A DNA stretch of 64,000 bases from an uncultured Alphaproteobacteria bacterium (GTDB lineage Bacteria; Pseudomonadota; Alphaproteobacteria; UBA3830; CAYLKK01): positions 14,761 through 78,760 of the forward strand of contig CAYPOM010000004.1 in NCBI GenBank assembly GCA_964412505.1, in the 5' to 3' direction. Under the pieces are notes generated by a model, which saw nothing but the letters and a program-made list of their open reading frames with translations, was not told the DNA's origin and searched no databases. Below are positions 28,761 to 38,019 of this stretch, piece after piece. The translations under genes were made by a program, and so were the position numbers. Within the stretch, counting starts at the first letter, position 1. Each line of letters opens with the position of its first letter.

Positions 28761-29138
28761 ATGGATAAGATAATTAATTTCACTGATGCTGCTATTGATC
28801 ATATAAAGGAGAATTTACAAAAAAATTCAGCGAAAGGAATTAGATTCAGCGTAAAATTTGGTGGATGCCAAGGGCTTACATACGGCGTTGATTACGTGGA
28901 AGAAATCAATGCAGCAGATATAACCTTTGAATATGATGGAATAAACGTATTTTTAGAACCTAAAGCAGTTTTATTCTTAGAAGGTATGGTTGTCGATTTT
29001 AAAACAACAGCAATTAGCTCTGGATTTGTCTTTGAAAATCCAAATGCACAAAGCAAGTGTGGTTGTGGTATGTCTTTCTGCTCAAAAGACGTAGAATCAA
29101 GTGGTTGCGGATCATGTAATGGAACGTGTTGTAGATGA
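28761..29138 (+). CDS. iscA: Iron-sulfur cluster insertion protein IscA/ErpA family with a Cys-rich C-terminal extension
   Basis: FTDAAIDHIKENL ... GGCQGLTY ... NPNAQSKCGCGMSF. GGAGG lies 5 nt before ATG 28761. An extra tail CSKDVESSGCGSCNGTCCR follows the usual end. Confidence 0.85.
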   Translation: MDKIINFTDAAIDHIKENLQKNSAKGIRFSVKFGGCQGLTYGVDYVEEINAADITFEYDGINVFLEPKAVLFLEGMVVDFKTTAISSGFVFENPNAQSKCGCGMSFCSKDVESSGCGSCNGTCCR

Positions 29139-29580
29139 TATCAAAAATTATTTTGAAATTTTTGATTTAGAACCAAATTTTTTTATAGACAAAAAAGTTT
29201 TAGATAACAGATATTTCGATATATCTAAAGATGGTCGTATCGACAGTTCTTTATTAAACAAGGCATATAGTGTTTTAAAGTGCAACGTAAGTCGCGCAGA
29301 ATATATATTAAATTTATTGAATATTAGATACTCATCGAATAATCAGAATATTTTGGACCTATTCGAAACAAACGAAAAAATAGAACTTTTAAAATTAAAA
29401 AAAGAGTATGATGCACTAGATGATGTAAAAAAAATCCTAAAATCTGAATTTAGATCATTGTCTAGTGAATTGACTACGTATGATATTGCAAATATTGATC
29501 ATGAAAAATCATGTGAAATATTTGATAAAATCGCTAAATGCAAATTTATCGAAAAAATGATTAGTAGGATAAATTTATGA
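29119..29580 (+). CDS. hscB: HscB-like co-chaperone, J-domain degenerate
   Basis: NYFEIFDLEPNFFIDKKVL ... RAEYILNL aligns with the HscB N-terminus, and the position between iscA and hscA fits. No HPD tripeptide is present. Start is ATG 29119 or GTG 29101. Confidence 0.6.
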   Translation: MERVVDDIKNYFEIFDLEPNFFIDKKVLDNRYFDISKDGRIDSSLLNKAYSVLKCNVSRAEYILNLLNIRYSSNNQNILDLFETNEKIELLKLKKEYDALDDVKKILKSEFRSLSSELTTYDIANIDHEKSCEIFDKIAKCKFIEKMISRINL

Positions 29581-30992
29581 TTAATGTTGGAATAGATTTA
29601 GGAACAACAAATTCAGTCGTCGCAATAAAGCATAAAGAAAAGGTATTTTGCGTACCGTACGAAAATGGCTCAAATATAGTTCCATCAATTGTCAGTTTTC
29701 AAGAAAATTCTTATACTGTTGGAGATTGCCACGATTGTTGCGAAAACGTTGTGAAGTCTGTGAAAAGACACATTGGAACTAATATAAAATTTCAAGATTA
29801 TTCTGCTCACGAAATATCGTCTTTTATATTAAAAGAATTGTACTCCAATTTATTGAAATTCATAAAAAATAATGACGAATTAAAAAACGAAAAAATAGGA
29901 GATGTAGTAATTACTGTTCCGGCATATTTTGATGATATACAAAGGATTGCAACAAAAACAGCTGCATCATTAGCTGGGATTAAGGTACTGAAATTAGTAA
30001 ATGAACCTACAGCAGCAGCTATCGCTTATGGTTTAGATAGCGTAGAAGATGAAGTAATTGGAGTATATGATCTAGGCGGTGGGACGTTTGACTTTTCTAT
30101 ATTAAATATTTCGTCTGGCGTTTTTCAAGTTTTAGCCACAGCAGGTGATACAAATTTTGGAGGTGATGATATAGATAAGAAAATAGCTGCTTTTTGCTGT
30201 AGACGTTATGGAATAGAACTAGCCTCCTTAGAGATACATGAAAAAAAGCGCTGTATTTTCGCGGCAAAAGCGTTAAAAGAAAAGAAAGCAAAATCAATTT
30301 TTCTATGTTTAGAAAAATATACTTTCGAAATGTATATTTCTGACGATGAGCTTAAAAAGCTGATATTTTCTGAACTAGAAAAAACTAAAAAAATTATTGA
30401 AATTGCATTAGATGATGCAGACTTGTCTATTGAGGATCTGAATAACTTTGTGCTAGTTGGAGGAATGACTAAATCGCTAGAAGTAAAAGAGTTTATAAAA
30501 GATAATTTCAAATGCAAAATTTACGATAATATTAATCCAGATGAAGCTGTAGCCATTGGAGCAGCAATACATTGTGATTCGATTACATCACACAGCTCGC
30601 ACAATTTGCTTATAGATGTGATTCCTCTTAGCCTAGGCATTGAAACTTTAGGTGGTGGTGTAGATAGAATAATTGTACGAAATACACCTATCCCATTCAG
30701 TAACACTGTAGAGTATACAACAAGCATCGACTTTCAAAGAGCTATATCAATAAATATAGTTCAAGGAGAATCCGACTTCGCAAGCAAATGTAGACTTCTA
30801 GGGAAATTTGTTCTAAATGACATCCCATTACTAAAAGCTGGTGAACCGAAAATATCAGTAAGATTTTTTGTAGACATTAATGGAATTTTACACGTAACAG
30901 CAATAGACAATAACTCAGGAAAGTCTATCAATGTTGATTTAGAGCCTGCAGCTGGACTAGATGAAACGAGCATAATTAGTATGCTTACGTAA
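29577..30992 (+). CDS. hscA: Hsp70-family Fe-S chaperone HscA, C-terminally short
   Basis: GIDLGTTNSVVA, DLGGGTFD and VGGMTK motifs. At 471 aa it ends just after the beta-sandwich substrate-binding region. Only 24 nt separate its stop from the next gene. Confidence 0.85.
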   Translation: MINVGIDLGTTNSVVAIKHKEKVFCVPYENGSNIVPSIVSFQENSYTVGDCHDCCENVVKSVKRHIGTNIKFQDYSAHEISSFILKELYSNLLKFIKNNDELKNEKIGDVVITVPAYFDDIQRIATKTAASLAGIKVLKLVNEPTAAAIAYGLDSVEDEVIGVYDLGGGTFDFSILNISSGVFQVLATAGDTNFGGDDIDKKIAAFCCRRYGIELASLEIHEKKRCIFAAKALKEKKAKSIFLCLEKYTFEMYISDDELKKLIFSELEKTKKIIEIALDDADLSIEDLNNFVLVGGMTKSLEVKEFIKDNFKCKIYDNINPDEAVAIGAAIHCDSITSHSSHNLLIDVIPLSLGIETLGGGVDRIIVRNTPIPFSNTVEYTTSIDFQRAISINIVQGESDFASKCRLLGKFVLNDIPLLKAGEPKISVRFFVDINGILHVTAIDNNSGKSINVDLEPAAGLDETSIISMLT

Positions 30993-31016
30993 ATTCATAC
31001 TATTAGTAAAACATAA

Positions 31017-31823
31017 TTATTTTATTCGAAGGTTTATTACAAAAATAGCTTTGCGTGTGCTTATTTTATGCTCTTGCGCCAATATATCTTTTACAATTTT
31101 CTTTCTGTTCAAATTAAATATTGCGTTAAACTGCAACGAAATATGAGAGGTAAGTTTTTTTTCTATACCAACACCAACCGACGGAGCAAGCTGAGTAATA
31201 TTTTCATTACACATATCCTTTGTCGTATTATTATTGATCGTAGAAGTACCATACATTTGAAATGTATATTTGCTCAATACAGCCCCAAGCCTAATAAAAA
31301 ATACAGAATTCCATCCGTATGGAGAATATCCTAATTTCAGGTGAAAAATCGGAGAAGCAGATTCATAAATTCTCACTTGATAAGGGTTTTTGATGCTCTC
31401 TTTTGTCGCTTCTTCTTTTAAAGTCCCGCCACCAGCTGGCTCTTTTTCTAGATCATTGTAATAAGCAGAGTAAACAGCGTTTAAATCTTTGGCTTTATTA
31501 CTTTTTCCTAAAACTGTAGAACAATCAAACGAGTAATATAATCTTTGATCGTTTATACCACCTGCTCCAAAACCGAAGAATACACATGTAGTGTTGTAAT
31601 TTGAAGATTGCGCTTTATCTTGCTCTCTAGATAAACCAGTTTTCAGCGAATTTCTCGCTATACCGATTAAAACCTCAGGTCCAAAATCAGCCTCCACTGC
31701 TGATTCTTCATCTTTTGTAATATCCTGAACAACATTGTAATCATATTCATTTTCATCAAATGCACAGACGTTGTTTAAACTAAAAACCAAACAAGAAAAA
31801 CCAAATGCAGCAAATAACTTCAT
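31017..31823 (-). CDS. Probable outer-membrane beta-barrel / surface-antigen-like protein
   Basis: Signal peptide MKLFAAFGFSCLVFSLNNVCA. Alternating amphipathic stretches (FHLKLGYSPYGW, VFFIRLGAVL, SLQFNAIFNL). Family not identified. Confidence 0.45.
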   Translation of the reverse strand: MKLFAAFGFSCLVFSLNNVCAFDENEYDYNVVQDITKDEESAVEADFGPEVLIGIARNSLKTGLSREQDKAQSSNYNTTCVFFGFGAGGINDQRLYYSFDCSTVLGKSNKAKDLNAVYSAYYNDLEKEPAGGGTLKEEATKESIKNPYQVRIYESASPIFHLKLGYSPYGWNSVFFIRLGAVLSKYTFQMYGTSTINNNTTKDMCNENITQLAPSVGVGIEKKLTSHISLQFNAIFNLNRKKIVKDILAQEHKISTRKAIFVINLRIK

Positions 31824-32055
31824 AGTACTCCGAATATATCTTGAATATAAATAATAGCAAAAGCATTTAATATTTTAAATAAATTTTAAGCGCATATTAA
31901 ACAGCATTTTGAAATTAAAATATACGTCTATAAAGACAATTTTTATCTAAGCAACTAACGCTATATATTTATTGTTGGGCTATTGATAAATATTTTCCTT
32001 GTATTTTTTATGTATTTGTTGTTCAATTCTGATAATACTTCTATGAGGTTATTAT

Positions 32056-33600
32056 ATGAATCTTATGAAAACAGTCGCCACTGTTGGTGGATGGACTCTA
32101 GGTTACAGAATAAGTAGCGTTATAAGGGATATAGCTCAAGCTGCAACTTTAGGTGCTGGCCCGTTTGCTGACGCGTTTTCTGTCGCTTTTAAATTAGCAA
32201 ATATTCTAAGGAAGATGTTTGCTGAAGGAGCATTCAATGCGTCATTCCTTCCTATTTTTTCTTCAACATTAAAATCAAATGGACAAGAGGATGCGTCTAG
32301 GGTAGCTAGCCAGATATTTACATGGTTAGTAATGATTGTTACGACAATTACTCTTTTTTGCATAGTATATTTTAACTGGATTATCAAAGGATATGCTCCT
32401 GGATTTGTAGAAGGATCGGAAAGGTTTGAACACGCAGTAGCTTTAGGACGTGTATGTTTTCCATTTATAGCAACTTCGTTTGTCGCTGCGCTATTTGGTG
32501 GTATGTTAAACGCTGTCAATAGATACGCGATGCCAGCCGCAGCTCAGTTGTTGTTAAATATTTGTGTTGTAGCTGCAATGGGTGTTGGTGCACTAGCTTT
32601 TCCTAACGTAGCGTATACAATGGCTTGGGGAACATTTACTGCAGGTATTTTACAAGTAGCGGTCTTGTGGTGGAATGTTCATGCTTTAGGTTTTCGTGTT
32701 GGGTTCATGAAAAAATTAATTTCCCCTGAAGTAAAAGCTTTCTTTAAAAAATTACTTTCTGGTGCATTAGGTGCTGGTGTCTGGCAAGTCAACATAATCA
32801 TTGACTTTGTCATTGCTTCGTTACTTCCTACAGGATGCATTTCTTACATATATTACACAGAGCATTTGAATGCTTTTCCATCTGGGATTTTAGGTATTGC
32901 GTTCAGTACAGCATTATTGCCTCCATTGACCAGAGCTGTACATTCAGGAAATTATGCAGACGCTAAAGGGCAACTAAATTTAGGCCTTTTATTTGCTTTG
33001 ATACTAACAATGCCTGCAGTTGTAATTTTATGCACAATGCATGAACCTATTACTGCTATGGTCTATGGTAGAGGTAATTTCGGGCCACAACAAGTCGCAG
33101 CTGCATCACCAGCTCTTGCCGCATTTGCTTTAGGACTACCTGCTTACATGGTTATGAAAGTTTTCACAAGCGCATTTTTCGCTCATAAAAACACAAGAGT
33201 GCCTTTGATTGGCGGTATAGTGTCTATTGTGACAAACGCTTTGTTAATTGTAGCTTTACTGCCTATTATGAAACATAATGGCATAGCATTAGCAACATCT
33301 TTGTCTTCTTGGTTCAACGCTTTTTATCTTTTAATCGCATTGAAAAAGCTAGGCACTGTCAATGTCGTTATGAAGACATGGGGTCAGTTTTTAATGCAGT
33401 GCGTTGTTTCCGCTATTATGTTTATGTTTATTCTTGGTGTAACTCCTTTTGTAAGCGATTATTACGCTAACGGTGGATTAGAAAGAAACATAGCGATTGT
33501 TGGTGTAATTACTGCGAGTATTCTAGTATTCTACATATTTGGGAAGATCTTTGGTATATTCAAATTTATAAAAGATCTGAAAAGTGTAGCAAAAGACTAG
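32056..33600 (+). CDS. murJ: Lipid II flippase MurJ
   Basis: 514 aa, polytopic. GYRISSVIRDIAQAATLGAGPFADAFSVAFKLANILRKMFAEGAFNASFLPIFS is the MurJ N-terminal signature. Confidence 0.9.
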   Translation: MNLMKTVATVGGWTLGYRISSVIRDIAQAATLGAGPFADAFSVAFKLANILRKMFAEGAFNASFLPIFSSTLKSNGQEDASRVASQIFTWLVMIVTTITLFCIVYFNWIIKGYAPGFVEGSERFEHAVALGRVCFPFIATSFVAALFGGMLNAVNRYAMPAAAQLLLNICVVAAMGVGALAFPNVAYTMAWGTFTAGILQVAVLWWNVHALGFRVGFMKKLISPEVKAFFKKLLSGALGAGVWQVNIIIDFVIASLLPTGCISYIYYTEHLNAFPSGILGIAFSTALLPPLTRAVHSGNYADAKGQLNLGLLFALILTMPAVVILCTMHEPITAMVYGRGNFGPQQVAAASPALAAFALGLPAYMVMKVFTSAFFAHKNTRVPLIGGIVSIVTNALLIVALLPIMKHNGIALATSLSSWFNAFYLLIALKKLGTVNVVMKTWGQFLMQCVVSAIMFMFILGVTPFVSDYYANGGLERNIAIVGVITASILVFYIFGKIFGIFKFIKDLKSVAKD

Positions 33601-33611
33601 ATTTTCAAAAT

Positions 33612-33634
33612 AGCCGCCAAAAGGCGGCTTTCTT
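33612..33634 (+). terminator. Rho-independent terminator after murJ
   Basis: AGCCGCC-AAAA-GGCGGCT followed by TTCTT. Confidence 0.6.
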
Positions 33635-33640
33635 ATAATA

Positions 33641-34726
33641 ATGACTTACAATCAAAAAAATATAATTAATTACGGTCCTCTTCATCCTGCTGTTCATGGA
33701 GCATTGCGTCTTATTCTCGAGGTAGACGGAGAAAAAATTGTCAACATAGAACCAGAAATTGGTTATATGCATAGAGGAATAGAAAAGATACTAGAATCCA
33801 AAACATATAAGCAAGCGATTGTTTATATAGATAGAGTGGACTATGTAGCCGCTGTAGCTAATGAGTACTCATTTGTTTTAGCAGCAGAGAAATTAGCCGA
33901 TGTAGATGTACCGATAAAACATCAATATATTCGCGTTATAATGGCAGAACTAACGCGCATAGCGAGCCATCTCATTCATTTTAACATGCTTACATACGAT
34001 ACAGGCGCTCTTTCTCCATTCGTATGGGCTATGGAAGAAAGAGAAAAAATCATGCAGCTTTTCGATAAAATATGCGGAGCCCGCATGCATTTAAATTTTT
34101 TCACTGTAGGCGGGGTAAATTACGATATACCCAGTGATATATTCGATGACATACAAAAAGTTTTGCTTAGTATAGAAAAAACTGTAAACGATATAGAAAA
34201 AGTAATTACAACAAGCCCGATATTTATTAGCAGAACAAAAAACATAGGTGTCATTACTGAAAAAAAAGCAATAGAGATAGGAGCGACAGGCCCAGTCCTG
34301 AGAGCATCTGGAGTGGCATATGACTTAAGGAAAAAACGCCCATATGATGTATATAGTGAGTTAGATTTCAAAATCCCTGTTGGCACAAATGGCGACTGCT
34401 ATGACAGATATTTAGTAAAAGTACTAGAAGTATACGAAAGCATCAAAATTATCAAACAATGCCTTGTACAACTTCCAGAAGTTTCTTTTAAAAAATCAAA
34501 TGTTGTAATTCCTAAAAAAGGAAATATATATTTTTCTACTGAATCTCCAAAAGGCGAGCTAGGAGTCTTTCTCGTTTCTGATGGTACAAATAAACCTTAC
34601 AGATGCCATATACGATCTACAGGATTTCCTGTTCTTATGAATATTAAAAAATTTGTTGATAACTTAGCGGATCTGCCAGTAGTTTTAGCATCACTAGATA
34701 TAGTACTTGGAGAAGTAGACAGATAA
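33641..34726 (+). CDS. nuoD: NADH-quinone oxidoreductase subunit D, short form, solitary
   Basis: YGPLHPAVHGALRL, IGYMHRGIEKI, GDCYDRY, ESPKGELG, PYRCHIRSTGF and LDIVLGEVDR motifs. 361 aa. No other nuo gene is adjacent. Confidence 0.85.
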   Translation: MTYNQKNIINYGPLHPAVHGALRLILEVDGEKIVNIEPEIGYMHRGIEKILESKTYKQAIVYIDRVDYVAAVANEYSFVLAAEKLADVDVPIKHQYIRVIMAELTRIASHLIHFNMLTYDTGALSPFVWAMEEREKIMQLFDKICGARMHLNFFTVGGVNYDIPSDIFDDIQKVLLSIEKTVNDIEKVITTSPIFISRTKNIGVITEKKAIEIGATGPVLRASGVAYDLRKKRPYDVYSELDFKIPVGTNGDCYDRYLVKVLEVYESIKIIKQCLVQLPEVSFKKSNVVIPKKGNIYFSTESPKGELGVFLVSDGTNKPYRCHIRSTGFPVLMNIKKFVDNLADLPVVLASLDIVLGEVDR

Positions 34727-34749
34727 ATACTATTGATCAAAAATCTTCA

Positions 34750-34792
34750 ATATAGAGCTAACATAAATTGTAAGCTCTATATTTATAGAGCT
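34750..34792 (+). repeat. Three copies of TATAGAGCT in alternating orientation (two mutually exclusive hairpins)
   Basis: ATATAGAGCT (34750-59), AGCTCTATAT (34773-82), TATAGAGCT (34784-92), located 24 nt after the nuoD stop. Confidence 0.7.
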
Positions 34793-34991
34793 ATAAAAGC
34801 ATAAAATGCTGGAAGCAGTTTCGTTCTACGACTTTAAGAGCTTTCATTAAAACTTAAACTACAGCACTCATAATAATGTTTACAACGGAACCTTTGATAG
34901 ATGTAAATTCATCTACATGAAAGTTTAGACAAGATGATCACACAAATAACTTCTAAGTTGTAAGACATTCATAGTTAAGCATAGCCGAGTA

Positions 34992-35447
34992 TTATAAAAA
35001 TAAATCCAATTGCCTCATCGCTTCACTTACCACAAAACTAGTTGCTATTGCCATATTCATTGATCGACGATTTTCTAGCATAGGAATTGCTACTAATTCA
35101 TCCATCTTTTCTATATCGTTTTCTTCGAAACCTGAATGCTCTGAGCCTACGATTATTATATCTTTATTGGAAAATGTAAACTTATGGAATTTTTTTGATT
35201 TATTTGATATTTCTAAGGCAATTAATCTTCTATCTTTTTTACATTCTAAAAAACTTGTGAACGAATCAAAGATTTCATACGAAGCTGTATCAATATAATC
35301 CATCCCTGCCCTCCTAAACTTAGAATCACAAAATACAAATGAAGCTGGACCTATTATATTCACATGAATTCCTAAGCATGACGACACTCTAAGTAAAGTC
35401 GCGGTATTCTGTGGTATCTGAGGGTGATATATTCCGATTTCAAGCAT
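34992..35447 (-). CDS. trmL: tRNA (cytidine/uridine-2'-O)-methyltransferase TrmL (SpoU family)
   Basis: 151 aa with IYHPQIPQNTATLLRVSSCLG, FRRAGMDY and RSMNMAIATSFVVSEAMRQL. Confidence 0.8.
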   Translation of the reverse strand: MLEIGIYHPQIPQNTATLLRVSSCLGIHVNIIGPASFVFCDSKFRRAGMDYIDTASYEIFDSFTSFLECKKDRRLIALEISNKSKKFHKFTFSNKDIIIVGSEHSGFEENDIEKMDELVAIPMLENRRSMNMAIATSFVVSEAMRQLDLFL

Positions 35448-35562
35448 TATATATTTCTCTATGAAACAAATATACTAGATTATATCATCTATTCTATTAA
35501 GATATACAATATTTTAATTTTTGTGTAGTCTAATCTAGAATATGTGTTTAGGAGTATATTCC

Positions 35563-37134
35563 ATGAGAATATCAAAAGTTTTAAGTTTACTGTATACTCT
35601 TTCCGTCCTCTCAATTATTGGTGTAGGGAACTGTAGCAAAAACGTCAAAGTAGAAACAAACACAACAGATCGTTTTAGAAGCGACTCTTTTAATTCCCAA
35701 ACAGATGTAATTAGAGACAAATTGCTAAATAAAGATGTAGATGGAATCGAGATTTTAGATAAACAACCAGATAACTCTCATAATGATGAAGTTTCTATGA
35801 TAAAAGTTGAGTACAAAAATAATGAAACTGAATGTACTTTTTATTATGAACAAAATGGCTCTATTTCTTCAAAATACGTAAAAAAGACAAATGCCACGCC
35901 TTTTGAACATAACTTCTTTAGGCAATACACTAACTTAAATGCGATTATAATGAATAATATATCGATGGATTCTGAATTTGCAAGACAATTAGAACAAAGT
36001 GCACTATCGGAAGCGAATATTAGGCATATTGTAATTAATGATTGCAATATAAAAAAGAAACACAAAGACTTAATCGAACATGAATTGAAAGATGCATTTT
36101 TTGGAAGAGGGAAGACTAGCGACTTTGAAACAATTTCATTAGGTTTTATAAACAGCGAATATTTTCCTGTCGAATTTTTACATGAATGTGCGTCTAAAGA
36201 GCGAAACGTAAAAAATCTAAAGGTAGAAGCAGGTGAGTTCTCACAAGAAATATGTTCAGTAATAGGAACAATGATTATTGAAAATAAAGGATTAGTTACG
36301 CTGGGGTTAGGTGCAAAAAAAATATCTAATGAAGCATTATCACATATTGCAAATAATATGTCCTCTGAAATAAAGTTGTCAACTTTAGACCTATCTCTTG
36401 GTTTGATAGACGAATCGAATGATACACGAAATTTATTCACAGCTCTTTGCGCAAATAAGCATCTGAAAGAAACACTAAAATCGTTGCGTTTGTCGTTGAA
36501 CACTAAAAAATTAGCACAGAAAGAATTAGAAACATGTAGGGAAATAGGACATTTTTTGGCTCATGTGGATCATGTTGAAAATCTTATAATATCTGGCATT
36601 CAGGTGAGTGATAGTTGTATGTCAGCTATAATAAATGGAGTACCATCAAATGATAATATCAAGTTACTTGCATTAGAAGATATCACTTGTAGTTGGAAAG
36701 ATATTATTTCAGTGTTATCAAAGAAAATCGAAAAAATGACAATGTTGACCACACTAATGATGCGTGGCTGTTCTTTAGAAGGTTCAGCTCAGACGATATT
36801 AGACGCAATAAAATCGAGTTCTGTAAAGCAGATATATCTAGATAGAAATAATATAACAGCGATAAACATACCAAAAAGTATTATTGACCAGGAGATTGAA
36901 TATTTATCATTATTTGATAATACTTTGAATAAAGAGGCTATTACCAAAATATACAAAGCATTCAGTGAAGCTGCAAACCGCAAAAATTGTGTTATTGTCA
37001 ACGCAAATGGAAACAAGGCATTTATTACTAGTGATAACAAACATGATAATGGGTTATACAATTTCATGATGTTAGAAAGAGCTAATGAAATAGCCACAAA
37101 TAAGAAAACGAATGTAATAATACTTTCAAACTGA
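35563..37134 (+). CDS. Leucine-rich-repeat (ribonuclease-inhibitor-like) lipoprotein
   Basis: AGGAG lies 8 nt before ATG 35563. Signal/lipobox is MRISKVLSLLYTLSVLSIIGVGNC. The C-terminal two-thirds show ~28-residue LxxLxLxxNxIxxxg-type repeats (LKSLRLSLN, IKLLALEDI, LTTLMMRGCSL, VKQIYLDRNNIT, IEYLSLFDNTL). Confidence 0.65.
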   Translation: MRISKVLSLLYTLSVLSIIGVGNCSKNVKVETNTTDRFRSDSFNSQTDVIRDKLLNKDVDGIEILDKQPDNSHNDEVSMIKVEYKNNETECTFYYEQNGSISSKYVKKTNATPFEHNFFRQYTNLNAIIMNNISMDSEFARQLEQSALSEANIRHIVINDCNIKKKHKDLIEHELKDAFFGRGKTSDFETISLGFINSEYFPVEFLHECASKERNVKNLKVEAGEFSQEICSVIGTMIIENKGLVTLGLGAKKISNEALSHIANNMSSEIKLSTLDLSLGLIDESNDTRNLFTALCANKHLKETLKSLRLSLNTKKLAQKELETCREIGHFLAHVDHVENLIISGIQVSDSCMSAIINGVPSNDNIKLLALEDITCSWKDIISVLSKKIEKMTMLTTLMMRGCSLEGSAQTILDAIKSSSVKQIYLDRNNITAINIPKSIIDQEIEYLSLFDNTLNKEAITKIYKAFSEAANRKNCVIVNANGNKAFITSDNKHDNGLYNFMMLERANEIATNKKTNVIILSN

Positions 37135-37161
37135 ATTTATAAAAAAGCATGGAGTATGATG

Positions 37162-37920
37162 TTAATACATAAACTGATACTTCATACGCTTTTCCTCGAA
37201 TTTATTTAGATCATCCATAAGAAGAACAACATTATTAGCACCCTTCCCTGTTATATTTACGCTAACCGAATTTTTAATTGATATATAGTCGGCTGTAACA
37301 CTCACCGGCCTATGTGTAGATTTTAAAATTGAAATATCAATTATACTATTTATATCTAAAATCGCACTTTTCCATCCTCTAGGCGAAAAAACGCTAACGC
37401 CAGATATAGCCATCAAATTTGAACTGATTGGAATAATAGGCCCACCTACAGAGCTATTATAAGCTGTGCTTCCTATTGGAGATGATACTATCAAGCCATC
37501 GCAAACTAATTTATTAATTCTACAAATTCCGTTTACTGACACATTTAATTTTGCAGCTTGAGATGATTCTCTAAAAAGATAAGCTTCATTAATTGCAATT
37601 AGTTTATGTTCTGTGTCAGATGAATCTATAGCTGATACACATAGAGGTTTAATTTCAATGCTATTAGCTAATTCAATTCTTGAGATCAAATTTTCATTAG
37701 AAAAATCATTTGTGAGAAAACCTAAATCTCCACGATTCATTCCAAATACAGGTTTTTGGAACATATATCCTTCGTGTAGCGCTCTTAGTACAACTCCATC
37801 CCCTGACAGTGAGACGATAACATCGCATTGATCTATCTTACTCTGGCCATATTTTTGGACGAATGCATCATACGCAGCTACAGATTTTTTATTATTCGAG
37901 CATAAAAAATGAATTTTCAT
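37162..37920 (-). CDS. nadK: NAD kinase
   Basis: VSLSGDGVVL, NRGDLGFL and GSTAYNSS motifs. Start trimmed to ATG 37920 (MKIHFLCS) because the track ORF enters tRNA-Arg. Confidence 0.88.
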   Translation of the reverse strand: MKIHFLCSNNKKSVAAYDAFVQKYGQSKIDQCDVIVSLSGDGVVLRALHEGYMFQKPVFGMNRGDLGFLTNDFSNENLISRIELANSIEIKPLCVSAIDSSDTEHKLIAINEAYLFRESSQAAKLNVSVNGICRINKLVCDGLIVSSPIGSTAYNSSVGGPIIPISSNLMAISGVSVFSPRGWKSAILDINSIIDISILKSTHRPVSVTADYISIKNSVSVNITGKGANNVVLLMDDLNKFEEKRMKYQFMY

Positions 37921-37942
37921 AGTCCAATATGGAAAAGAGAAA

Positions 37943-38019
37943 TGGTGCACTCTGTAGGATTCGAACCTACGACCTGCGGCTTAGAAGGCCGACGCTCTAT
38001 CCAGCTGAGCTAAGAGTGC
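37943..38019 (-). tRNA. tRNA-Arg (anticodon UCU), CCA encoded
   Basis: Reverse complement is GCACTCT-TA-GCTC-AGCTGGATA-GAGC-G-TCGGC-CTTCTAA-GCCGC-AGGTC-GTAGG-TTCGAAT-CCTAC-AGAGTGC-A-CCA. There is one mismatch at the top of the anticodon stem. Confidence 0.88.

Noticed and set aside
32056-33600. murJ looks much more GC-rich (about 45% in sampled lines) than its neighbours, which could suggest HGT.
   Set aside because: Third codon positions are still mostly A/T (GCT/GCA, TTA, GGT). The excess GC comes from an Ala/Gly-rich transmembrane composition, so there is no clear evidence of foreign origin.
35844-36503. 219-aa minus-strand ORF inside the LRR gene. Similar antisense ORFs occur at 478-819, 3655-4071, 4910-5272, 12227-12622, 32136-32519 and 40283-40606.
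   Set aside because: All lie antisense within better-supported genes and encode low-complexity or hydrophobic junk typical of AT-rich antisense frames.
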